A stretch of 64,000 nt of DNA from Escherichia coli (GTDB lineage: Bacteria; Pseudomonadota; Gammaproteobacteria; Enterobacterales; Enterobacteriaceae): assembly GCF_003018255.1 (NCBI RefSeq), contig NZ_CP027440.1; one strand, given 5' to 3'. The notes under the pieces were generated by a model. The model did not search any database. It was not told where the DNA came from and worked only from the letters and a program-made list of their open reading frames with translations. Shown here piece by piece: positions 1-13,931 of this stretch (position 1 is its first letter; every line of letters begins with the position of its first letter). Position numbers and translations under genes: made by a program.

Positions 1-814
1 AGGCAATCCATAACGCTCCTACACCGAACAACTGCACTACAATTTTTGGAAGCGATGCTGCCGCCGCCATTTTTTCACCATAGGCGTCGAAGTGTAAGAC
101 GACTACCGTACATCCCCAGTAGACTAATCCTGCCAGCAGCAGACCAATCATCAAAGCACGAGGAAAATCACGCTCTGGATTTTTAAATTCCGAGGCGAGA
201 TGGGCAAATGCCTCCAGACCGACAAAACACCAGAACATCACTGATAACGCAGCAAATAACCCGGTAAGTTCGATATTACCAGGTGCCGGGAAGGGGATAT
301 TCGCAGGTTTGATATCGCCCGCCCACCAGATAGCGACAATCAGCGCGACGATAAGTCCGGCAATAACGGTTTGTAGATTTGCACTGGAACTGGCACCGCG
401 AGTACCGATATACCACACCAACGCCAGCGTACCGAGTTCTGCCAACAACAGTTGCCAGCTATGCCAGCCAAACATTGCCTGGCCGAACCCGGCGGCAATT
501 TGTAGTGCGGCAGGCAAACCCACGGGAATGACCGATAAAAACAGCCAGCCGGTGACTCGCTCAAGCCGCGAACCAAACGCCATACCGACGAAGTGCGCGA
601 CGCCGCCTGCGCTGGGATAGTGGCGACCCAGAATCGCAAACACAATCGCAATCGGGAACACTAAGATAATCAAAACGGGCCACGCCCACAGGCTGTTATT
701 GCCCGCTACCAGTGCAGCTAACGCAGGAACGGCAAACACGCCAGTGCCTAATAATGACGTCGATAGCAGGCCAATGCCCTGGGCCAGCCCCAGTTCTTGT
801 TTGAGTCCACTCAT
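1..814 (-). CDS. yjeH: Amino-acid exporter YjeH, N-terminal ~270 codons; gene runs off the window start
   Basis: Minus-strand frame open from ATG (revcomp at 812..814) to window edge; translation MSGLKQELGLAQGIGLLS... recognised as YjeH; not in ORF track because no stop lies in the window. Confidence 0.85.
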   Translation of the reverse strand, partial: MSGLKQELGLAQGIGLLSTSLLGTGVFAVPALAALVAGNNSLWAWPVLIILVFPIAIVFAILGRHYPSAGGVAHFVGMAFGSRLERVTGWLFLSVIPVGLPAALQIAAGFGQAMFGWHSWQLLLAELGTLALVWYIGTRGASSSANLQTVIAGLIVALIVAIWWAGDIKPANIPFPAPGNIELTGLFAALSVMFWCFVGLEAFAHLASEFKNPERDFPRALMIGLLLAGLVYWGCTVVVLHFDAYGEKMAAAASLPKIVVQLFGVGALWIA

Positions 815-974
815 GGGTTGATGTCCGATTGCGCCCAAATTTTGGGCAACTGCGTAGATTTTCGATGGTAGCACAATCAGATTCGCTTATGACGGCGATG
901 AAGAAATTGCGATGAAATGTGAGGTGAATCAGGGTTTTCACCCGATTTTGTGCTGATCAGAATTTTTTTTCTTT

Positions 975-1012
975 TTCCCCCTTGAAGGGGCGAAGCCTCA
1001 TCCCCATTTCTC
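975..1012 (+). promoter_or_regulatory. sigma32 (heat-shock) promoter of groESL
   Basis: cccccTTGAA (977..986) and CCCCATTT (1002..1009) match the sigma32 consensus, about 80 nt upstream of groS. Confidence 0.6.
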
Positions 1013-1038
1013 TGGTCACCAGCCGGGAAACCACGTAA

Positions 1039-1383
<345 letters not shown>

Positions 1384-1414
1384 TCCGCGCACGACACTGA
1401 ACATACGAATTTAA

Positions 1415-3073
<1,659 letters not shown>

Positions 3074-3099
3074 TTGCCCTGCACCTCGCAGAAATAAAC

Positions 3100-3136
3100 A
3101 AACCCCCGGGCAGAAATGTCTGGGGGTTTTTCTTTT
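3100..3136 (+). terminator. Rho-independent terminator of groESL
   Basis: GC hairpin ccccc(3103..3107)/ggggg(3122..3126) followed by T-tract. Confidence 0.8.
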
Positions 3137-3210
3137 GGTCATCTTTCTAGTATAAGATTCAGACACGGACGACGCGAGTGGCGTCCAGCTCATTGATTAT
3201 GGGGAATAAC

Positions 3211-3564
3211 ATGCACGTAAAATACTTAGCAGGGATTGTCGGTGCCGCGCTACTGATGGCGGGTTGTAGCTCCAGCAACGAATTGAGTGCTGCCGGTCAG
3301 AGTGTACGCATTGTGGACGAGCAGCCAGGCGCAGAGTGCCAGCTGATTGGTACTGCGACAGGTAAGCAAAGCAACTGGCTTTCCGGGCAACACGGAGAAG
3401 AAGGCGGTTCTATGCGCGGCGCAGCAAACGATCTGCGCAACCAAGCGGCTGCAATGGGCGGTAACGTGATTTATGGCATCAGCAGCCCGTCGCAGGGAAT
3501 GTTGTCCAGTTTTGTCCCGACGGATAGCCAGATTATCGGCCAGGTATATAAGTGCCCGAACTGA
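3211..3564 (+). CDS. yjeI: Lipoprotein YjeI (DUF4156)
   Basis: ORF track frame; start moved to internal ATG 3211 (MHVKYLAGIVGAALLMAGCSS, lipobox) giving 117 aa. Confidence 0.85.
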   Translation: MHVKYLAGIVGAALLMAGCSSSNELSAAGQSVRIVDEQPGAECQLIGTATGKQSNWLSGQHGEEGGSMRGAANDLRNQAAAMGGNVIYGISSPSQGMLSSFVPTDSQIIGQVYKCPN

Positions 3565-3613
3565 TGTGATCCAGAGGCTGGATACTTCCAGCCTCGTAGT
3601 AAAACAGATGGGA

Positions 3614-4483
3614 TTATTTCGCCTGTGGTGCAGTTTTGCTGGTGGATTGAACACGTAAGTGATGCAGCGCGCGTAAGCATTGATCCTGGGTTAGCGGTTG
3701 GGCGTTATTTGCCGCTACGGTGCGAACATAGACCTGACATGGCACACCCGCGAGTTTTTTCAGTCGGGGGCTGAAATCAAGCATTCGGCGAGTGATCGCC
3801 TCCACTTCTTTACCCGGCGTTGCTTCACGCGTTTTCACCACTGCGCCGCTAAATTGTTCTTTGCCACTTTCATCTTTAAAGCGGTAAAGCACCGCCAGAT
3901 AATGGTTGAACAAGTTATGTTTCCATTCCGGTTGGGAATAGGTGTCATATTCCAGATTGCCATTGTCCTGGCAGTCAACGTCGTATAACGGCAGGAAATC
4001 TAACAGTGAAGTAATACGTAATGCCAGTTCACGCATTTCCGCATTATTAATTGCATGAATGATTGCTCGCGCCAGCATTTCAATCTGTAATTCATTGATG
4101 ACTAACTCACATTTGCTACCGTCATGTAGTGTTAATACGAAGGTAAGATTTTCGCCCTGATTATCGGTAAGTTCCAGCGTGTTAACCCGACGATTAATAT
4201 CGGCATTTTTAAGCTCATCAACCAGAATTTCTGGGATATTTTCTGCCATTTTCTTAATGACTTTATCGCGAGCTTGCTCATACTGAAGGCGTGCAGCAGC
4301 ATCCAGTTTATGCTTTTGATGCAGACGGCTTTCCAGCGCAATCAGCAGGTCGCGCAGTTCCATGACAGACAGAAAGAACAACGATTCTTTATTGCGAGGC
4401 TCTTTAATTTTCAGCGCCAGTGCAATGAAATTATTGCTCTTGCGAATAACACCGGTATTAACACCCTTGATGCTTATGGCCAT
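3614..4483 (-). CDS. yjeJ: Uncharacterised protein YjeJ
   Basis: ORF track 3614..4513; start taken at MAISIKGVNTG (ATG revcomp 4481..4483), 289 aa; AT-rich gene. Confidence 0.8.
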   Translation of the reverse strand: MAISIKGVNTGVIRKSNNFIALALKIKEPRNKESLFFLSVMELRDLLIALESRLHQKHKLDAAARLQYEQARDKVIKKMAENIPEILVDELKNADINRRVNTLELTDNQGENLTFVLTLHDGSKCELVINELQIEMLARAIIHAINNAEMRELALRITSLLDFLPLYDVDCQDNGNLEYDTYSQPEWKHNLFNHYLAVLYRFKDESGKEQFSGAVVKTREATPGKEVEAITRRMLDFSPRLKKLAGVPCQVYVRTVAANNAQPLTQDQCLRALHHLRVQSTSKTAPQAK

Positions 4484-4717
4484 GTAGGTTCTCCCTAACC
4501 ATTTCTCAATCAAATAATTAATTTTAATTTATAAGCCAGATAAATGGGCTTGGTAGTAATAGTTGTTAAAATAACATAAATAGCCGTGCTCACTCTATAT
4601 AAACAGAAAAGAAAGGTTAATTATTGGTGTTGGTTATATAAAAAGTAATAACAGCAATGTATATGAATAATTAAAGGTTATGCAACGTGCAAAGATTAAA
4701 CTTCCCTGTTTAATCAG

Positions 4718-5746
4718 TTACTGCTGGCGTAGCTGGAGATCCAGCGGCGTTTTGCTGGGTTCGCCGCCAATTTCTCGCGCCAGTTTAGGCACCAGATATC
4801 CCGACACCAGTGTCAGCAACTCACGCATAATCTGCCGTGCTTCGTCATCACTCACCATAAAATGCGCCGCGCCCTGTACTTTATCGAGCACATGCAGGTA
4901 ATACGGCATCACGCCCGCATCGAACAACGCATTACTCAGGTTTGCCAGCGTTTGCGCGTTATCGTTCACACCACGTAACAGAACGCTCTGGTTGAGCAAA
5001 GTAACGCCTACCCGGCGCAACTTAGCCATCGCCTGACGGAATGTTTCATCTACCTCATTGGCATGGTTAATGTGATTCACCAGCAAGATTTGCAGCGTAG
5101 AATGAGAAAAGCGTTCAACCAGCGCATCTGTGATGCGTGCCGGGATCACAATCGGCAGACGGCTGTGAATCCGCAGACGTTTGATATGCGGGATGGCTTC
5201 CAGTTGTGTGAGCAACCAGTCCAGCTCGTGATCTTTCGCCATCAGCGGATCGCCGCCGGAGAAAATCATCTCGTCCAGTTCCGGATGCGCAGCAACATAC
5301 TCAAGTGCAGTCTGCCAGTTACGCTTGTTGCCCTGATTTTCGGCATAGGGGAAGTGGCGACGGAAGCAATAGCGGCAATTTACCGCGCAGCCGCCTTTGA
5401 CCAGCAAAAGCGCCCGGTTGTGGTATTTATGCAACAAACCTGGCACTACGCTGTGCTGTTCTTCCAGCGGGTCGGTGGAGAATCCGGGCGCGACAACAAA
5501 CTCATCTTGCGAGGTAAGTACCTGACGCAAAAGCGGATCGTTCGGATTGCCTTTCTCCATGCGATCGATAAATGAGCGGGGCACACGCAGGGCAAACAGC
5601 TTTTTGGCGCTGCGCCCGGCCAACAGTTTTTCGTCCGCGTCTATATTCAAAAGACGCAGAAGTTCATCAGGATCGGTCACAACATCGGCAAGTTGCGTTA
5701 ACCAATCTTCTCTGGATGGGGTATTTAGGGTTACAATATGCGCCAT
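4718..5746 (-). CDS. epmB: EF-P beta-lysylation enzyme, lysine 2,3-aminomutase-like radical SAM protein EpmB
   Basis: ORF track 342 aa; CAVNCRYC radical-SAM motif; recognised as YjeK/EpmB. Confidence 0.93.
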   Translation of the reverse strand: MAHIVTLNTPSREDWLTQLADVVTDPDELLRLLNIDADEKLLAGRSAKKLFALRVPRSFIDRMEKGNPNDPLLRQVLTSQDEFVVAPGFSTDPLEEQHSVVPGLLHKYHNRALLLVKGGCAVNCRYCFRRHFPYAENQGNKRNWQTALEYVAAHPELDEMIFSGGDPLMAKDHELDWLLTQLEAIPHIKRLRIHSRLPIVIPARITDALVERFSHSTLQILLVNHINHANEVDETFRQAMAKLRRVGVTLLNQSVLLRGVNDNAQTLANLSNALFDAGVMPYYLHVLDKVQGAAHFMVSDDEARQIMRELLTLVSGYLVPKLAREIGGEPSKTPLDLQLRQQ

Positions 5747-5787
5747 TTTGTGGCTTAGCTACCAATTAACAAATTTCAGAGGGCCTT

Positions 5788-6354
5788 ATGGCAACGTACT
5801 ATAGCAACGATTTTCGTGCTGGTCTTAAAATCATGTTAGACGGCGAACCTTACGCGGTTGAAGCGAGTGAATTCGTAAAACCGGGTAAAGGCCAGGCATT
5901 TGCTCGCGTTAAACTGCGTCGTCTGCTGACCGGTACTCGCGTAGAAAAAACCTTCAAATCTACTGATTCCGCTGAAGGTGCTGATGTTGTCGATATGAAC
6001 CTGACTTACCTGTACAACGACGGTGAGTTCTGGCACTTCATGAACAACGAAACTTTCGAGCAGCTGTCTGCTGATGCAAAAGCAATTGGCGACAACGCCA
6101 AATGGTTGCTGGATCAGGCAGAGTGTATCGTAACTCTGTGGAATGGTCAGCCGATCTCCGTTACTCCGCCGAACTTCGTTGAGCTGGAAATCGTTGATAC
6201 CGATCCGGGCCTGAAAGGTGATACCGCAGGTACTGGCGGCAAACCAGCTACCCTGTCTACTGGCGCTGTGGTTAAAGTTCCGCTGTTCGTACAGATCGGC
6301 GAAGTCATCAAAGTGGATACCCGCTCTGGTGAATACGTCTCTCGCGTGAAGTAA
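5788..6354 (+). CDS. efp: Elongation factor P
   Basis: ORF track 188 aa; [25 protein letters not shown]... recognised as EF-P. Confidence 0.97.
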
Positions 6355-6405
6355 TGCGGTTGTGGTGCGGCCTGCAGGCTGCACCATCACTTATTCAGGT
6401 CAGAG

Positions 6406-6531
6406 ATGATGAAACGCCTTATCGTTCTTGTTTTGCTTGCCAGTGCGCTGCTCACGGGCTGTAACACCGCTCGCGGTTTTGGTGAAGACATTAAACATCT
6501 CGGCAACTCCATCTCCCGCGCTGCCAGCTAA
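6406..6531 (+). CDS. ecnA: Entericidin A small lipoprotein
   Basis: 41-codon ORF MMKRLIVLVLLASALLTGCNTARGFGEDIKHLGNSISRAAS read directly from sequence; below the ORF-track size cutoff. Confidence 0.85.
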   Translation: MMKRLIVLVLLASALLTGCNTARGFGEDIKHLGNSISRAAS

Positions 6532-6641
6532 TTTTTCTTCTCCTCCGAAAAATCATCAGATTTCCATCATTTTTGGCGATGTTGTCTATTATTAATTTGC
6601 TATAGGCAAACATAAATAACATTACCTAAAAGGAAGACGTT

Positions 6642-6788
6642 ATGGTGAAGAAGACAATTGCAGCGATCTTTTCTGTTCTGGTGCTTTCAACAGTATTAAC
6701 TGCCTGCAACACCACGCGTGGCGTTGGTGAAGACATTTCTGATGGCGGTAACGCGATTTCTGGCGCAGCAACGAAAGCGCAGCAGTAA
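6642..6788 (+). CDS. ecnB: Entericidin B small lipoprotein
   Basis: 48-codon [51 protein letters not shown] with RBS aggaag; below ORF-track cutoff. Confidence 0.85.
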
Positions 6789-6796
6789 GCAATAAC

Positions 6797-6832
6797 GGTA
6801 CGACAGCTGTGTCGTGCCGTTTGTTTTTTTTG
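6797..6832 (+). terminator. Rho-independent terminator after ecnB
   Basis: 9-bp stem (6797..6805/6810..6818) followed by long T-tract. Confidence 0.75.
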
Positions 6833-6900
6833 CGATAGTCACAAAGGTAATAGTTGAAATTCCCCTGCCACCTGGCAAAATATCCGTTCAACCATCAGCT

Positions 6901-6945
6901 TTGCAGGACGACCTGCAAACGCCTCTTTTCACCGGGGACGGCCCC
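6901..6945 (+). promoter_or_regulatory. Guanidine-II riboswitch (mini-ykkC motif) in the gdx leader
   Basis: Two short hairpins with ACGR loops: gcaggACGAcctgc (6903..6916) and ggggACGGcccc (6934..6945), 18 nt before the gdx start. Confidence 0.8.
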
Positions 6946-6963
6946 AATTCTCCGGAGCCTGAT

Positions 6964-7281
6964 ATGTCCTGGATTATCTTAGTTATTGCTGGTCTGCTGG
7001 AAGTGGTATGGGCCGTTGGCCTGAAATATACCCACGGCTTTAGTCGTTTGACGCCAAGTGTTATTACTGTGACGGCGATGATTGTCAGTATGGCGCTACT
7101 TGCCTGGGCGATGAAATCGTTACCAGTAGGGACGGCTTATGCCGTGTGGACGGGTATTGGCGCAGTCGGCGCGGCCATCACCGGCATTGTGCTGCTCGGC
7201 GAGTCCGCTAACCCGATGCGCCTGGCGAGTCTGGCGTTAATCGTATTGGGGATTATTGGTCTGAAACTCAGCACTCACTAA
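6964..7281 (+). CDS. gdx: SMR-family guanidinium exporter Gdx (SugE)
   Basis: ORF track frame; start at internal ATG 6964 ([22 protein letters not shown]), 105 aa. Confidence 0.93.
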   Translation: MSWIILVIAGLLEVVWAVGLKYTHGFSRLTPSVITVTAMIVSMALLAWAMKSLPVGTAYAVWTGIGAVGAAITGIVLLGESANPMRLASLALIVLGIIGLKLSTH

Positions 7282-7815
7282 CTAACTACCGGGCTGCTGT
7301 ACCCAAATAAACTTACTGACATCAAACCCTTCCCGGGTCGCGACTGCCAGCATCTCCTGTTTCACTTCGTCAGAAATGGTTGGCGTGCGGGAGAGTATCC
7401 ACAGGTAGTCGCGGTCCGGACCGCAAACCAGCGCATGGCGGTATTCCCGATCGAGTGCAATAACGTTATAACCGCCATAGAAAGGACCAAAGAATGACAC
7501 TTTCAGCGCAGCGCGAGTTGGTGCGCCGGTAAAGTACGCTTTCCCTTCACTCTGCTGCCACATTTCTCTGTCAGGGTTATAGCCTTTATTAATGACATTC
7601 AGGCCGCCGTCATCACGCAGGCTGTATGTTGCGGTGACTTTTTCCAGTCCACGTTCAAAACGGTGATCAAAACGGGCAATCTCATACCAGGTACCGAGAT
7701 AGCGTTTAGCATCGAAATTATTCACTACGGTCACGCCACGGGGCGGCGTAGGAGAACTGCAGGCAACGACCAGAAATGCAGCTGTCGCTGCGGCAACGAG
7801 AGGGAGCAGGCGCAT
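7282..7815 (-). CDS. blc: Outer-membrane lipocalin Blc
   Basis: ORF track 177 aa; MRLLPLVAAATAAFLVVACSS lipoprotein signal; recognised as Blc. Confidence 0.93.
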   Translation of the reverse strand: MRLLPLVAAATAAFLVVACSSPTPPRGVTVVNNFDAKRYLGTWYEIARFDHRFERGLEKVTATYSLRDDGGLNVINKGYNPDREMWQQSEGKAYFTGAPTRAALKVSFFGPFYGGYNVIALDREYRHALVCGPDRDYLWILSRTPTISDEVKQEMLAVATREGFDVSKFIWVQQPGS

Positions 7816-7903
7816 AAATGTTTCCTTACTGGTTTTTTTCTAAGTGTAGATGACAGCAAGGAAAAGCGGAGAAAAGGTCCAAAAATTCGGACCCGATGAA
7901 ATT

Positions 7904-9459
<1,556 letters not shown>

Positions 9460-9469
9460 CTCAGGCTCC

Positions 9470-10602
<1,133 letters not shown>

Positions 10603-10610
<8 letters not shown>

Positions 10611-12411
10611 TCGCCTTCTCCTTCTTATTGGCTGCTTCCGCCTTATCGGCTGCATCCGCTTCGCCACCGTAAACACGTTTAGCTGGCGGCAGCGTAGTAA
10701 TCTTCACGTCGCTGTACTCCAGGCGAGTTGTGCCATCAGCATCGCGGAAGGCGAGGGTGTGTTTGAGGAAGTTGACGTCGTCACGCTCGGTGCAACCTTC
10801 GTCCAGACGCTGGTGCGCGCCGCGGGACTCTTTACGTGCCATTGCGGAGTGCGCCATACATTCAGCAACGTTCAGACCGTGGCCCAGCTCAATGGTGTAG
10901 AGCAGGTCGGTGTTGAACACGCTGGAAGTGTCGGTGATGCGCACGCGCTTGAAGCGTTCCTGCAGCTCTGCCAGCTTGTCGATGGTTTTCTGCATCAGTT
11001 CCGGCGTACGGTAGATACCGCAGCCTTCTTCCATGGCCATGCCCATTTCGTCGCGGATCTTAGCCCAGTTTTCGCCGCCATCCTGGTTAACCAGATCTTT
11101 CAGGCGCTGTTCAACGCCAGCAACCTGAGCATTGATTGCTGCATCGTTGCCATTACCGGCAGTAGATGCGCGTTCCATAGCTTGCTCACCGGCCAGACGA
11201 CCGAAGACCACCAGTTCCGCCAGCGAGTTGGAGCCCAGACGGTTCGCACCGTGCAGACCAACAGAGGAACATTCACCCACGGCGAACAGACCTTTAATGC
11301 GGGTTTCACAGTTCTGATCGGTTTCGATACCGCCCATGGTGTAGTGTGCGGTCGGACGTACCGGAATCGGTTCTTTAACCGGATCGACGCCAACGTACGC
11401 TTTCGCCAGTTCGCAGATGAACGGCAGACGTTCATGCAGTTTTTTCTCGCCGAGGTGACGCAGGTCGAGATAAACCACATCGCCACGTGGCGTGGAGATG
11501 GTGTTGCCTTTACGCCATTCGTGCCAGAAGGCCTGAGAAACTTTGTCGCGTGGACCCAGTTCCATATATTTGTTTTTCGGCTCGCCCAGCGGAGTTTCCG
11601 GGCCCATGCCGTAATCTTGCAGATAACGGTAGCCATTTTTGTTGACCAGAATACCACCTTCACCGCGGCAGCCTTCTGTCATCAGGATACCGGAACCGGG
11701 CAGACCGGTTGGGTGATACTGAACGAATTCCATGTCACGCAGCGGAACGCCGTGGCTTAGCGCCATACCCATACCGTCACCGGTAACGATGCCGCCGTTG
11801 GTGTTGTAACGATAAACGCGACCCGCACCGCCGGTAGCCATAACGACCGCGTTAGCACGGATCTGCACCAGCGTGCCTTCCATCATGTTCATTGCTACCA
11901 GGCCGCGAACATGACCATCATCAACCAGAATATCCAGCACGAAATGTTCGTCAAAACGCTGGATCTGCGGGAATTGCAGAGAGGTCTGGAACAGCGTGTG
12001 CAGCATATGGAAGCCGGTCTTATCGGCGGCGAACCAGGTGCGCTCGATTTTCATGCCGCCGAAGCGACGTACGTTGACGCTACCATCCGGGCGACGGCTC
12101 CATGGGCACCCCCACAGTTCCAGTTGGGTCATTTCGGTTGGGCAGTGGTGGACGAAATAATCCACGACATCCTGCTCACACAACCAGTCGCCACCCGCTA
12201 CTGTATCGTGAAAGTGATATTCGAAGCTGTCATGATCCTGCGCGACAGCGGCGGAGCCCCCTTCTGCAGCAACGGTATGGCTACGCATCGGGTATACTTT
12301 TGAGATTAGTGCGATTTTTGCATTTGGATTTGCCTGCGCGGCAGCAATTGCAGCACGTAATCCCGCGCCACCGGCGCCTACAATGGCAAGATCGGCTTGA
12401 AAGGTTTGCAC
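10603..12411 (-). CDS. frdA: Fumarate reductase flavoprotein subunit
   Basis: ORF track 602 aa; [21 protein letters not shown]... recognised as FrdA; overlaps frdB start by 8 nt. Confidence 0.97.
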
Positions 12412-12735
12412 GACATTCCTCCAGATTGTTTTTATCCCACAGCCCCGTACTTCAGGGTAAGTGCCTGAAAGTTACGGTCTGCGAACGCTATTCCACTGCT
12501 CCTTTATAGGTACAACAGTATAGTCTGATGGATAAGTCTGAAATTTGACGAGATCGATTTTTTTAGTGCGCAAGAGGGCTAAATTATCACTGAAGATGAT
12601 TAATTTAATTACTAAACCATCAGATCGTGCTTTTTTTAGTCACTGCCCACCCTTGTTTGATTCCTGCGTAAAATTTGTCTCGCCGTCGCGTTGCGAGTAG
12701 ACTTCGTGCCCTTGTCAAAAACTGGAGATTTAACT

Positions 12736-13713
12736 ATGAGCGAAACGGCATCCTGGCAGCCGAGCGCATCCATTCCTAACTTATTAAAACGCGCGGCGAT
12801 TATGGCGGAGATCCGTCGTTTCTTTGCCGATCGTGGAGTGCTGGAGGTGGAGACGCCTTGTATGAGCCAGGCGACGGTAACCGATATTCATTTGGTCCCG
12901 TTTGAGACACGTTTCGTAGGCCCCGGGCATTCGCAGGGGATGAATCTCTGGTTAATGACCAGCCCGGAATACCATATGAAACGCCTGCTGGTTGCTGGTT
13001 GTGGGCCGGTATTCCAGCTGTGCCGCAGCTTCCGTAATGAAGAGATGGGGCGTTATCACAACCCTGAGTTCACTATGCTTGAGTGGTATCGACCGCACTA
13101 TGATATGTACCGGTTGATGAACGAGGTGGACGATCTCTTGCAACAGGTGCTGGACTGTCCGGCAGCAGAAAGCCTTTCTTATCAACAAGCTTTCTTGCGT
13201 TATCTGGAAATTGACCCACTCTCTGCCGACAAAACGCAACTGCGGGAAGTGGCAGCGAAACTGGATTTGAGCAACGTTGCCGATACTGAAGAAGACCGCG
13301 ACACGCTTCTACAATTGCTGTTTACCTTTGGCGTAGAGCCAAATATTGGCAAAGAAAAACCGACCTTTGTGTACCACTTTCCAGCCAGCCAGGCATCACT
13401 GGCGCAAATCAGTACCGAAGATCATCGGGTCGCTGAACGCTTTGAGGTTTATTATAAAGGTATTGAGCTGGCGAATGGTTTCCATGAATTGACGGATGCC
13501 CGTGAGCAGCAACAACGCTTTGAACAAGATAACCGTAAGCGCGCGGCGCGCGGTTTGCCGCAGCACCCCATTGACCAGAATCTGATTGAAGCCTTGAAAG
13601 TCGGTATGCCTGACTGTTCCGGCGTGGCATTAGGCGTTGATCGTCTGGTGATGTTGGCGCTGGGCGCGGAGACACTGGCTGAAGTCATCGCCTTTAGCGT
13701 TGACCGGGCATAA
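12736..13713 (+). CDS. epmA: EF-P lysine-lysyltransferase EpmA (PoxA/GenX)
   Basis: ORF track frame; start at internal ATG 12736 ([17 protein letters not shown]), 325 aa; class II aaRS-like. Confidence 0.93.
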   Translation: MSETASWQPSASIPNLLKRAAIMAEIRRFFADRGVLEVETPCMSQATVTDIHLVPFETRFVGPGHSQGMNLWLMTSPEYHMKRLLVAGCGPVFQLCRSFRNEEMGRYHNPEFTMLEWYRPHYDMYRLMNEVDDLLQQVLDCPAAESLSYQQAFLRYLEIDPLSADKTQLREVAAKLDLSNVADTEEDRDTLLQLLFTFGVEPNIGKEKPTFVYHFPASQASLAQISTEDHRVAERFEVYYKGIELANGFHELTDAREQQQRFEQDNRKRAARGLPQHPIDQNLIEALKVGMPDCSGVALGVDRLVMLALGAETLAEVIAFSVDRA

Positions 13714-13931
13714 TTCTGAAAAATTACTGAATTAACCGCGAAGAATGGCGTGATAAGCGCCATTCTGTAGCATATGTTTTCATTTTTCCGCTAAAGGCCA
13801 CAATTTAAGACTGGATATTTGATATCATCCAGGTATCAATTCTGTATTGGTTTTTACGCTGCCCGCTCAATGTTGGGCAGTGCAGTTCAGTGGGCGCGTT
13901 TTATACACGCGCTGAAATGAAGGATGTTTTC

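Noticed and set aside
10759-11760. 333-aa plus-strand ORF antisense to frdA
   Set aside because: Shadow ORF inside frdA; no independent start context and no recognisable protein features.
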